From contig CAMYNJ010000142.1 in assembly GCA_947259795.1 (NCBI GenBank), positions 553 to 64,552 on the forward strand: a DNA stretch of 64,000 nt, in the 5' to 3' direction. How positions within the stretch are numbered: position 1 is the stretch's first letter; every line of letters starts with the position of its first letter. The notes under the pieces are model-generated. The model did not search any database and had not been told where the DNA came from. It saw only the letters and a program-made list of their open reading frames with translations. Shown in pieces: positions 9,621 to 18,226 of this stretch. The DNA is from an uncultured Alphaproteobacteria bacterium. GTDB taxonomy: Bacteria; Pseudomonadota; Alphaproteobacteria; UBA8366; JADFVY01. Both the position numbers and the translations under genes were made by a program.

Positions 9621-10214
9621 TCAGGCGGCAATCGCTTTTTTCAGCGTCGCATAGGCCTCGTTGATATCCTTCAGCCGCTCCTCGGCCAGTTTGTCGCCAC
9701 CATTCGCATCCGGATGGTGCAGTTTGACAAGTTCCTTATATCTGGCCTTCAAGCCGGTCAAGTTCAACGGGGCATCCAGTTCCATTATCTCCATGGCGTG
9801 CGCTTCCGGGCTGGACGGGTGAAAGCCCGTCGCGCGGGCGTCGCCATTGCGGCGCTGCCGGGTCTCGCCCTCATCGTCACCGGTGAAATAGCCGAACCCG
9901 TCATGGATCGAAGTCGTGCCGCGCGCATAGCGCCTGTAGCCGCCGGCCCGCGCGCCCAGCGGCCAGGTCGGGCGCTGCCAGGTGGTATCGCGGCGGGTGT
10001 CGGCCTCCACCTCGTCCTGGCTCATGCCGGCGTAATAGTTCCAGGCCTTGTTGTATTCGCGCACATGGTCGAGGCAGAACCAGTGATATTCGTCCAGCCG
10101 GTCGCGGCCCTTGGGCGCGCGGAACTCCCCCGGCTCGGCACAGTCGGGCCGGTCGCAGGGCCGTATCGGCGCCTCCTTGCGCCCAGGCTCGTATATGCGC
10201 TGCGTTCTGCTCAT
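9621..10214 (-). CDS. J-domain (DnaJ-like) protein with N-terminal Cys-rich region
   Basis: 197 aa. C-terminal J domain [20 protein letters not shown] (HPD motif). Conserved partner of cobS/cobT/bolA in alphaproteobacteria as I recall. Confidence 0.8.
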   Translation of the reverse strand: MSRTQRIYEPGRKEAPIRPCDRPDCAEPGEFRAPKGRDRLDEYHWFCLDHVREYNKAWNYYAGMSQDEVEADTRRDTTWQRPTWPLGARAGGYRRYARGTTSIHDGFGYFTGDDEGETRQRRNGDARATGFHPSSPEAHAMEIMELDAPLNLTGLKARYKELVKLHHPDANGGDKLAEERLKDINEAYATLKKAIAA

Positions 10215-10322
10215 CGACTGATTATCGTATTCGCGGCGGCCCCTTTCAAGCTTGACGAATGCCCGCCGGCGAACGATATCGGGCTTGAAACCGATAGAAA
10301 TTCAGCCCGCGGGGACCCGTCG

Positions 10323-10592
10323 ATGAGCATAACAGAAAGAATTAACAAAAAGCTGACCGAGGCGCTGGCGCCGTCAGTCCTTGATGTGGTCGACGAGTCG
10401 ATGAAACACAAGGGCCATGGCGGCTGGCGCGAGGGCGGAGAGACGCATTTCCACGTCACCGTTGTCTCGGACGCCTTCGAAGGCAAATCCCGCGTCGACC
10501 GCCAGCGCATGGTCTACGACCTGCTATCGGAAGAAATGGCCGAACGCGTGCATGCCCTGGCTCTGACCACGAAAACGCCGGCTGAGATGTAG
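10323..10592 (+). CDS. BolA family transcriptional regulator/iron-sulfur assembly factor
   Basis: 89 aa. MSITERINKKLTEALAPSVLDVVDESMKHKGH...FHVTVVSDAFEGKSRVDRQRMVY is a typical BolA sequence. Embedded at the end of a longer spurious ORF (9459..10592). Confidence 0.85.
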   Translation: MSITERINKKLTEALAPSVLDVVDESMKHKGHGGWREGGETHFHVTVVSDAFEGKSRVDRQRMVYDLLSEEMAERVHALALTTKTPAEM

Positions 10593-10632
10593 GCGCGGGG
10601 CGGCGGCCGTCCGGCTTGCGGGGCGTCACTGG

Positions 10633-10670
10633 CGGTGCGGTCCGCCCAGGCTCCACCGCACCGGTATTTC
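10633..10670 (+). terminator. Possible terminator hairpin after bolA
   Basis: 9-bp stem CGGTGCGGT (10633-10641) / ACCGCACCG (10655-10663), 13-nt loop, followed by GTATTTC (weak T tract). Confidence 0.3.
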
Positions 10671-10723
10671 AGGAATCAGGTTGCCTCGGGATTTGCATAC
10701 TGTGTTCACGGAACGCGGACCGT

Positions 10724-13456
10724 TCAGACTGGGTCCGGACTTTCCGGAATGTCTGTCAGGGCCATCTCGACGCAATTGCCGATGCCATCACGCGTCAGCG
10801 CCGCGTCGCGTGGCAGGAAGCCCAACCGATTATATCGCGACATATGATCGGTGAATTCTTCTTCGCCGAGCAGGCGGGTTCGATAGCCGCTGGTCCGGTT
10901 GTCCGTGAAGATCGGATAGAGACGGAGATGGACCGGGCGAGCCGGATCGGCGGGGATTATCAGGCGCGCGACGGCGCCGATCGGCGGGGCGAACATCTGC
11001 CGGGTCCGCCCGGGCGAGTTGAAGACGAAATTTCCCAGGCCGTGAACCGCGAGGCGTCCGCCGAAACGCTCGGTCTGCTGCAGCATATGCGCGCCATGGC
11101 CGATCAGCAGGTCTGCGCCCGCGGCGAGCACATCCCGTGCGAAGCGGCGCTGGCGCTGCGATGCCCAATGATAGTCGCGCTGCCAATGCGGCACGACGAC
11201 GATGAGCGCTTGCGGATGTTGCCGGCGCGCGAAGGCGACGGCCGTGACCGTGTGGCGGTTGACCGGGTTGCACCCCGGGCGCCTCGCCTTGGCATAGGCC
11301 TTGAAACGCTCTTCCATCGCCGAGCTATAGGCAAAGCCGGAAAAAACCAGCAGTTCCCTGGCGGCCGGCGAAACAGCCGCGCCGCCGTCGTGGTCAATCC
11401 GAACTGCCAGCGGGCGGGCAGCGTCCTGGGCGTTCTCGCCGGCGCCGATCGCGACGATGGACGAATCGCGGAACTGGGCCAGCGTGTCGTTGATCCCCGC
11501 GCGTCCATAGTCGAACAGATGGTTGTTTCCAAGCGTGACGACGTCGATGCCGGCCCGGGTCAGAGCGCGCAGCGTCTTTTCCGGATCGGCGCGGTGCGGA
11601 TAGGGCCTTTCATTTTTATACGGCGAGGTTTCAAGCTCGGTCAAAGGCGTCTCGAGATTGGCGAGATTGATGGCGTTGGAAGAAAGAAAAGAATCGAAAT
11701 TGGCGATCCATCCCTCGTAATCGCCGCCGTGAAGGGGATGCGGTTTGCCCGACGCCAACGCTCTTTCCGCATAGTATTCGCCGAAGTACGTGTCCCCCAG
11801 AAAGCCAATGGAGACGTCATGACTTTCGACCAGTCTCAACTCTCTGGGATTATTGACCCCCTCGCGGATTCTCTGCGGAAGCGCGGGTTGCCTGTTATCG
11901 AGACGGGCCGAAAGCCCTTGCGCCCCGGATTTAAGCAGAGTTGAAAGTTCCCTGATCCGGGTGCGGATTCTCTCCCCGAGTTGCGGTCGCCCCTTGTCGA
12001 TAGGAGTTGACAGCCATTGCGGCTCGGACCGAAGCAGAGTCGAAAGCTCCTTTATTCGGGTGTTGCGACTGGAGCCTTTCAGCAGCAGCGCGGTCTTCTC
12101 GTCTACCAGTGTCTCCAGCAGTGCCAGGACATCCTTGGGCCCTGCGGCTCTCAACACCGTGGTGTTATTTTTTTTCAACGCGCGGCCGAGCCATTCCATA
12201 CCGTCGCCGAGGAGGATCACCGCGAACGGATCGCAAGCTGAAATGAATCGGGCGATCTCTTTATATGCGTATTTTTCCCCGCCTTCGATGTAGACGATTT
12301 TGCCAGCGATGACGATGCGGCGATTGAAATTCTTCGCGGCCCGTCCGAAGAGAGACAGGGCATTCTCAAACGACTGAACCTCGGCGTTATAGCTGTCGTC
12401 AAGCAGGGTTACCTTTCTTCCGGCAATGATCGGGTTCGCCAACTCCATCTTTCTCGGAGCCGGCGCTAACCGCTGAATCTCCCGGGAAATCTGGTCGAGC
12501 GTAACGCCGTTCTTATGCGCGCACAGAGCCGCGAGTTGTATATTCTCAATCCAGCCATCCCCGATCACACGGGCCTCAATATCAACGCTTTCCTGACCCG
12601 AAGACAGACGGATCTCCGAGCCATTGAAGGAGCTTCCGAGCAGCCGCACTTCTATATCATCGCCTGCGGCCTCGCCGATGACATGCGCCGCTGTGGATTG
12701 CACCGCCGACTCCAGTAAGTCCCGGCATTTGACGTCCGAAGGAAAATACAGTCGTCCGTTGTCGGGCAGCGATCGTATCTGGCGGGAAATGACTCCGCCG
12801 AGCACTTCGATCGAAGTGAACAGTTGAATCTTCCCGAAGCCCAGCTTGGTGACCACCAGTTCGTCCGGCCGGACCGTGTCGACTGAGGAATAGCCGTGAT
12901 GTCCACGAATGGATTCCTCGCTTTGCTCAACAACGCCGAAATCGGCATCGGCAGGGAGACAGTTGAGGCACATTGCACTGCCTTCGACCGTATTCCAGTT
13001 GCCAAATGACGTTAAGCAGGTGCCGGTCCGCGACAGAATCCGGCCGAGGAGATCACGCGTTGTGCTCTTTCCCACTGTTCCGGTTACCGCAATAATCCGG
13101 CCTTGAAACCTGTCGCGCGCGTGATCAGCGAGCTGGAAGAAAGCGCGATGGCTATTGGCCACGCGAATGACCGGCAGCGACGGAGAATCCGGCACGGGTT
13201 CGGAGGTGATGACCAGCGATGCGGAACGCTTTTTTGCGGCGTCCAGCAAGCCCTCGAGGTCGTATCCGGCCTGACCGGATAGTTTGGCTGGGCGCTTCGG
13301 CCAGTCGGGCGTACTGCAATGAACAAGAATGCGATTGTCGGCAACGAGGTTCAGCGGATAGACAATTCCGCCAAGCACTGCATCCTCCGCGATCGAGCCG
13401 ATTAGCTCGCCGTCGGTGACGGATAACAGTTCGGCCAGGCGCCATACGGATTTCAT
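10724..13456 (-). CDS. Fusion protein: N-terminal MurF-like Mur-ligase module + C-terminal CapA/PgsA (PGA_cap, metallophosphatase-like) module
   Basis: 910 aa. Mur-ligase features: MKSVWRLAELLSVTDGELIG, P-loop GTVGKST (res 125-131), GNWNT, DDSYNAE (res 353-359), LLLKGSSRN. CapA features: GFLGDTYFG, ANLETPLT, LGNNHLFDYG, PHWQRDY, IGHGAHMLQ, GLGNFVFN. I see no TM segment or signal peptide. Confidence 0.75.
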   Translation of the reverse strand: MKSVWRLAELLSVTDGELIGSIAEDAVLGGIVYPLNLVADNRILVHCSTPDWPKRPAKLSGQAGYDLEGLLDAAKKRSASLVITSEPVPDSPSLPVIRVANSHRAFFQLADHARDRFQGRIIAVTGTVGKSTTRDLLGRILSRTGTCLTSFGNWNTVEGSAMCLNCLPADADFGVVEQSEESIRGHHGYSSVDTVRPDELVVTKLGFGKIQLFTSIEVLGGVISRQIRSLPDNGRLYFPSDVKCRDLLESAVQSTAAHVIGEAAGDDIEVRLLGSSFNGSEIRLSSGQESVDIEARVIGDGWIENIQLAALCAHKNGVTLDQISREIQRLAPAPRKMELANPIIAGRKVTLLDDSYNAEVQSFENALSLFGRAAKNFNRRIVIAGKIVYIEGGEKYAYKEIARFISACDPFAVILLGDGMEWLGRALKKNNTTVLRAAGPKDVLALLETLVDEKTALLLKGSSRNTRIKELSTLLRSEPQWLSTPIDKGRPQLGERIRTRIRELSTLLKSGAQGLSARLDNRQPALPQRIREGVNNPRELRLVESHDVSIGFLGDTYFGEYYAERALASGKPHPLHGGDYEGWIANFDSFLSSNAINLANLETPLTELETSPYKNERPYPHRADPEKTLRALTRAGIDVVTLGNNHLFDYGRAGINDTLAQFRDSSIVAIGAGENAQDAARPLAVRIDHDGGAAVSPAARELLVFSGFAYSSAMEERFKAYAKARRPGCNPVNRHTVTAVAFARRQHPQALIVVVPHWQRDYHWASQRQRRFARDVLAAGADLLIGHGAHMLQQTERFGGRLAVHGLGNFVFNSPGRTRQMFAPPIGAVARLIIPADPARPVHLRLYPIFTDNRTSGYRTRLLGEEEFTDHMSRYNRLGFLPRDAALTRDGIGNCVEMALTDIPESPDPV
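11864..12061 (-). repeat. Diverged tandem duplication (2 x 99 nt = 2 x 33 aa) at the Mur-ligase/CapA domain junction
   Basis: TRIKELSTLLRSEPQWLSTPIDKGRPQLGERIR (res 466-498) versus TRIRELSTLLKSGAQGLSARLDNRQPALPQRIR (res 499-531). About 19/33 residues are identical, and the similarity is also visible at the DNA level. Confidence 0.8.
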
Positions 13457-13584
13457 CGTTCTTCAGTCCGAGCCCACATTTCCGGGACGGACCGCCCCTC
13501 CCGCCGAATTATCGCCGGAGTATAGGGTGAACGGCAACCACGGTGAAGCATGTAGTGGGGGCATGGTCGTTCCCGCCCCCCGTC

Positions 13585-14121
13585 TCAGTCCCCGGTATAG
13601 AACTCCGGGAAATGCTCCTCGACTACCGGGCCGTCGGTTGCCAGGGCGTGGCATGTGTCGAGATGGCCCGGCTTCTTGCCGGGGTCGCGCTGGGTCGTCT
13701 TGCGCACGCGGGTCTGGTAGGCGACCGTGGCGATCGGCCCCAGCAGTTCGAACAGATGAGTGCAACCATGCACCCCGCCGACGCGCTTGCGCGCCTCGCG
13801 CGTCCAACCGGGCCCGATGGTCAGGCCGGTGAGTTTCGCGAAGTCGGGCGTGATGTCGCCGCAGATCCGGAAGGGGCTGTGGTCGGTCGCGGCCTCGACC
13901 TCATGGATGGTCAACCCGTCGTCCACGGTCACGCGCAGCCACATGCCATGGATCGGCTCGCCCGCCTCGATGGTGCCGCGGTCCCGGTTGGGGAAGCCGT
14001 AGGTCTTGGTGTCGGTCAGATGGGCCTCGATATCCCACATTCCGTCCTCGCGGCGATAGCCCCGCAGGGTTATGTCGCGGCTGTGGATATGTTCGCGCGG
14101 CGCCGGCGGCGATAGCGGCAT
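13585..14121 (-). CDS. DUF2889 domain-containing protein
   Basis: 178 aa. GGVHGCTHLFELLGPIATVAYQ matches my recollection of the DUF2889 core. Confidence 0.6.
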   Translation of the reverse strand: MPLSPPAPREHIHSRDITLRGYRREDGMWDIEAHLTDTKTYGFPNRDRGTIEAGEPIHGMWLRVTVDDGLTIHEVEAATDHSPFRICGDITPDFAKLTGLTIGPGWTREARKRVGGVHGCTHLFELLGPIATVAYQTRVRKTTQRDPGKKPGHLDTCHALATDGPVVEEHFPEFYTGD

Positions 14122-14308
14122 GGGATTCCCCTTGGCCCTGTTACCCGGATGATGCGGTGCGATGAATATGGCGGGTGGGGCCGGGCGGTCAAGCCCGCGG
14201 CGGGGCGCAGGCGCGGTTTTCGGTTTGTTTTCGCCGCCAGATCGCGCATTATGGTTAAAAATAGGTTAATGCACTGCCGCGGGGCGGTAGCAGGAACAGG
14301 AGGCATGC

Positions 14309-15481
14309 ATGAAGGCGAGGCTAATGGCCGGCACAGCTCTTGCCGGCGCGATCGCGATTTCAGGCGGTGCATCTGCCGGCGGCATCGAGCCGATGTGGCG
14401 TCTGTCGGGAAACGCGAATTTCCAAGCCTACTGGGTCGATCAGGATGCGGTAGGGCTGGTGTCCTCGGCGTTTACCTTTACCTTCTGGCAGCCCACGACG
14501 CTGGTCGGCAACGTCAATGTCGGCGCGCCGCAGGAGCATGACTGGTATTTCGGGGTCGACGAGGCGGAGCTTCAGCTCGACGTCTCGGGCAGCGCGGACA
14601 ACGGCCTGAACTACGGCTTCAAGATCGAGATCAACGCCAACACCACCGACAGCGCCATCGCCGACGAAGCGCGGCTGGAATTGTACGGCCGCTGGGGCAC
14701 GCTGCAGATGGGCGACGAGGACGGCGCCGACAATGTCATGAACTATGGCGGCGAGACCCTGCTGGGCGGGGCCGGCGGCTTCGACGGCGACCAGAATGAC
14801 TATCTGTTCCGGGCCGGTTTCCGGACCCAGTCCGTCACCTTCGATAGTGGCGCCCCGGGCTTTCCGCTGCTCGCTGGAGACACCGGCGATGCCACCAAGA
14901 TAAGCTATTATTCGCCCCGCATGGCGGGCTTCCAGTTGGGCGCCAGCTACACGCCCACGCCGAACAATGGCGACAGTTTCAAAACCGATGGTAACTGGGA
15001 GGATCACTACGGGATCGGCCTCAACTACGACCGATCGTTCGGCGAGTTTCGCCTGCGGGCGAGCGGGGTCTATGCCGCGGCAACGAACAGCTTCACCAGT
15101 CTGTTTGGCTGGGCAGGGCAGGATTACGCGGCCTGGTCAGTCGGTGGCATCGTCGGCTGGGGGCCGGTCAGCATCGGCGGCGGCTATGCCGACAACGGCG
15201 ATTCCGGTTATTGGACCGGTGTCGATACCGGTTACTGGAACGTCGCCGCCGCCTTTGAATCGGGGCGGTTCTACCTGGCCGCGGGCTATTTCGAATCGCT
15301 GACCGACTGGGGAGCGGGCTCGGAGAGCACCTACAACCATACCTCGCTCACCGCCGACTACAGCGCCGCCCCGGGGCTGAGTCTCTATGCCGAAGTCGAT
15401 TTCATCGAAGACGACGTCGATAACGGATCGATCTACAACGAGGCGACCGCGGTGATCCTTGGCGCCAATGTCAGCTTCTGA
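14309..15481 (+). CDS. Outer-membrane porin (Gram-negative general porin family)
   Basis: 390 aa. Signal peptide MKARLMAGTALAGAIAISGGASAGG, alternating beta-strand pattern rich in G/Y/D/N, terminal ...GANVSF (C-terminal Phe). Strong SD AGGAGG before the ATG. Confidence 0.8.
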   Translation: MKARLMAGTALAGAIAISGGASAGGIEPMWRLSGNANFQAYWVDQDAVGLVSSAFTFTFWQPTTLVGNVNVGAPQEHDWYFGVDEAELQLDVSGSADNGLNYGFKIEINANTTDSAIADEARLELYGRWGTLQMGDEDGADNVMNYGGETLLGGAGGFDGDQNDYLFRAGFRTQSVTFDSGAPGFPLLAGDTGDATKISYYSPRMAGFQLGASYTPTPNNGDSFKTDGNWEDHYGIGLNYDRSFGEFRLRASGVYAAATNSFTSLFGWAGQDYAAWSVGGIVGWGPVSIGGGYADNGDSGYWTGVDTGYWNVAAAFESGRFYLAAGYFESLTDWGAGSESTYNHTSLTADYSAAPGLSLYAEVDFIEDDVDNGSIYNEATAVILGANVSF

Positions 15482-15509
15482 TCCACGGATCGGATAGCAC
15501 AAGCCTTCA

Positions 15510-15537
15510 AAGGGCGGCGGGGAAACCCGCCGCCCTT
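15510..15537. terminator. Bidirectional terminator hairpin between convergent porin and corC-like genes
   Basis: 12-bp perfect stem AAGGGCGGCGGG / CCCGCCGCCCTT with a GAAA tetraloop, followed by GTT on the + strand. Confidence 0.55.
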
Positions 15538-15554
15538 GTTATGTCGCCCGTCCA

Positions 15555-16856
15555 CTAGTCCGCCTCTTCGCGTTCGGCGGCCGCGGCGACCACGCTGGGC
15601 GGGGTGACGCGGATGGAGGTGAGTTGGTTGCGCATGCGGCGCAGCACCTCGAAGCGGAAGCCGTGGAAGGTGAAGACCTGGCCCTTTTCGGGGATCAGCC
15701 GCGCCTCGTGCATCACCAGGCCGGCGATGGTGGCGGCCTCCTCGTCGGGCAGGTCCCAGTCGAATTCGCGGTCCAGGTCGCGCAGGGTCACCGTTCCCTC
15801 GACGATATAGCTGCCATCGGGCTGCGGGCGTACGCCGCTGACCGGGGTATCGTGCTCGTCCTCGATCTCGCCGACGATCTCCTCCAGGATATCCTCCAGC
15901 GTCACGATGCCCATCAGCGAGCCGTACTCGTCCACCACCACGGCGAAATGTTCGCGGCGGCTGCGGAAGGCCTGAAGCTGGTCCAGCAGGTTGGTGGTGT
16001 CGGGGATGAACCAGGGTTCCGACGGCAGTTCGGCGAAATCGACCTTCGACACGTCGCCCTCCTGCCGCCGCAGCTCGCGCAGCAGTTCCTTGGTGTGCAG
16101 CACGCCGACCACATTGTCCTGTTCGCCGCGATAGACCGGGATGCGGGTGAACTGGCTGGCCAGCACCTGGTCGACGATCTCGTCGGGCTTATCGCCCAGA
16201 TCGATCATCGAAACATTGCGGCGATGGGTCATGATCTCGCCGACCTCCACCTCGTCGAGGTCGAGAATCGAGCGCATCATCTGGCGTTCATGGCGGGTTT
16301 CCGGTTCGTCGCGCTCATGCAGGTCGATGGCGCCGCGCAGTTCCTCCTCGGCCTCTTCGTGCCCCAGCTCGGCCCCCAGCTCCACGCCGAACGGTTTCAG
16401 CGTGGTGCGGACGATCACGTAGATTGCATGGGTTATCGGTCCCAGCAGGAACACCAGCAGCCGAATCGCAGGCGCCACCCTCAGCGCCATGTTGTCGGCA
16501 TGGCTCAGTGCCCAGGTCTTCGGCAGCACCTCGGCGAAAACGAGCACCAGGCAGGTCATGACAAGGGTGGCGTAGACCACGCCGGCGTCGCCGAAGATCC
16601 GCAGCATCAGGCTGGTCGCCAGCGCCGAGGCCAGAATATTGACCAGGTTGTTGCCCAGAAGGATTCCGCCGATCAGCCGTTCATTGCGGTCGCGCAGCGC
16701 CAGCACGATGGCGGCGCGCCAGTCGCCCTGCTTGGACAGCGAATGCATGCGCGGCCGCGAGGCCGCTGTCAGCGCCGACTCCGAGCCCGAGAAAAACGCG
16801 GACAGCACCAGCAAAACCAGGACAATCCCCGACGTAATCAGTATTTCCGGCATCAT
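15555..16856 (-). CDS. HlyC/CorC (TlyC) family transporter: CNNM/DUF21 membrane domain + CBS pair + CorC_HlyC domain
   Basis: 433 aa. [18 protein letters not shown], and C-terminal [16 protein letters not shown]. Its start overlaps the aroB stop (ATGATG/TGA at 16851-16856). Confidence 0.85.
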   Translation of the reverse strand: MMPEILITSGIVLVLLVLSAFFSGSESALTAASRPRMHSLSKQGDWRAAIVLALRDRNERLIGGILLGNNLVNILASALATSLMLRIFGDAGVVYATLVMTCLVLVFAEVLPKTWALSHADNMALRVAPAIRLLVFLLGPITHAIYVIVRTTLKPFGVELGAELGHEEAEEELRGAIDLHERDEPETRHERQMMRSILDLDEVEVGEIMTHRRNVSMIDLGDKPDEIVDQVLASQFTRIPVYRGEQDNVVGVLHTKELLRELRRQEGDVSKVDFAELPSEPWFIPDTTNLLDQLQAFRSRREHFAVVVDEYGSLMGIVTLEDILEEIVGEIEDEHDTPVSGVRPQPDGSYIVEGTVTLRDLDREFDWDLPDEEAATIAGLVMHEARLIPEKGQVFTFHGFRFEVLRRMRNQLTSIRVTPPSVVAAAAEREEAD

Positions 16857-17968
16857 GCCGCTACCGCTCCTTCCATGAATGCGGTCAGTTCCTCATCCGG
16901 GACGTCGCGCGTGACGAAGGCCTCGCCGATGCCGCGTGTCAGGATGAAAGTCAGCTTCCCGCCCGTTACTTTCTTGTCCTTGGCCATATGCCCGATCAGC
17001 CGCCTGGGGCTCCAGACCATCGAATTGGTGAAGTTTGTGCCGGTGGGCAGGCCGACCGCAGCGAGATGCCGGCGCACCCGCGCCGCGTCCTCGGCCGGGC
17101 AGAGCCCCATGCGCACCGACAGATCGAAGGCCATGACCATGCCGATCGCCACCGCCTCGCCATGCAGCAAGGTATGGCCGAATCCTGTCTCGGCCTCCAG
17201 CGCATGGCCGAAGGTATGGCCCAGATTCAACAGCGCCCGGGTGCCGCGTTCCTGTTCGTCCTCGGCGACGATCGCCGCCTTGGCCCTGCAACTGGCGACC
17301 ACCGCATGGCGGATCTTCGCCGGGTCGCCATCGACCAGGTCGGCGCCATGGCCCTCCAGCCAGGCGAAGAACGCTTTGTCGGCGATCAGCCCGTACTTTA
17401 CCACCTCCGCATAGCCGGCCAGCATCTCGCGGCGCGGCAGGGTTCTCAGCACGCGGCTGTCCGCCAGCACCAGGCGGGGCTGGTGAAAGGCGCCAATCAG
17501 GTTCTTGCCGTGCGGGGAATTGATGCCGGTCTTGCCGCCGACCGAACTGTCGACCTGCGCCAGCAGCGTGGTCGGGACCTGGATGAAGTCGATGCCGCGG
17601 AGGGCGCAAGCGGCGGCGAAGCCGGTGATATCGCCGATCACGCCGCCGCCCAGCGCCACCAGGCTGGTGTCGCGGTCGATGCCGCGGCCCAGGATTTCGT
17701 CCAGCAGCTTTCCGAAATGGGTGATGTTTTTGGTCTGTTCGCCGGCCGGCAGCACGATGGCGTCGGCCCCGATATCGGCGTTCGCCAGCGAGCGCATCAG
17801 CGCGTCAAGATGCAGCGGCGCCACGTGATCGTCGGTGACCACAATGACCCGCGGGCGCCTCAGCAGCGGCGCCATGGTCTTGCCGGCGGCCGCCAGCACG
17901 TCGTCGCCGACGACGATATCGTAACCGCGCGACCCCAGTTCGACGCGGACCGTTTCATGACTGCTCAT
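16853..17968 (-). CDS. aroB: 3-dehydroquinate synthase
   Basis: Homology starts at MSSHETVRVELGSRGYDIVVG (ATG 17968). GGGVIGDITGFAAA, and the HGEAVAIGM metal-site motifs. The tracked ORF (to 18214) is an artefactual extension into the repeat element. Confidence 0.9.
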   Translation of the reverse strand: MSSHETVRVELGSRGYDIVVGDDVLAAAGKTMAPLLRRPRVIVVTDDHVAPLHLDALMRSLANADIGADAIVLPAGEQTKNITHFGKLLDEILGRGIDRDTSLVALGGGVIGDITGFAAACALRGIDFIQVPTTLLAQVDSSVGGKTGINSPHGKNLIGAFHQPRLVLADSRVLRTLPRREMLAGYAEVVKYGLIADKAFFAWLEGHGADLVDGDPAKIRHAVVASCRAKAAIVAEDEQERGTRALLNLGHTFGHALEAETGFGHTLLHGEAVAIGMVMAFDLSVRMGLCPAEDAARVRRHLAAVGLPTGTNFTNSMVWSPRRLIGHMAKDKKVTGGKLTFILTRGIGEAFVTRDVPDEELTAFMEGAVAA

Positions 17969-18226
17969 ACCAAGTCTCGTTGATAATGATTCATTTGACC
18001 GGTTTCTCTTGACCGCTGGCAAGGCACGCTTCGCGCCGTGGTGCGTGCACCACAAGCGGAGAGTAACGACGCGAGCGGTCAAGGGAAAGCGGCCTTCGGT
18101 GGGGCCCCGCGGCCCGCCGGCTGCGTTGCGGCCCGTGCTCGATGCGAGGGCATCGCGCCGCGGACTGCGCCTGCCCGGCGGGCCGCGGGGCCCCATCAAA
18201 TGGGTCATTATCAACGAGACTTGGTA
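17968..18226. mobile_element. MITE-like non-autonomous element (255 bp, 17970-18224) with terminal inverted repeats and TA flanks, inserted between aroK and aroB
   Basis: 17970-17998 pairs with 18196-18224: 29 bp, of which 20 are perfect (CCAAGTCTCGTTGATAATGA), then 2 G:T mismatches, then 7 perfect. Flanked by TA at 17968-17969 and 18225-18226. Two internal hairpins: 18003-18017/18074-18088 and 18101-18120/18175-18194 (20 bp perfect). Confidence 0.6.

Noticed and set aside
16853-18214. N-terminal extensions of tracked ORFs: aroB to 18214, aroK to 18871, amidohydrolase to 45113, MOSC to 59921, hisS from 53242, lysC from 47015, xerD from 20598, bolA from 9459.
   Set aside because: Family homology begins at internal Met codons. 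The extensions are Arg/Pro-rich junk, overlap neighbouring genes, or (for aroB) run through the palindromic element.
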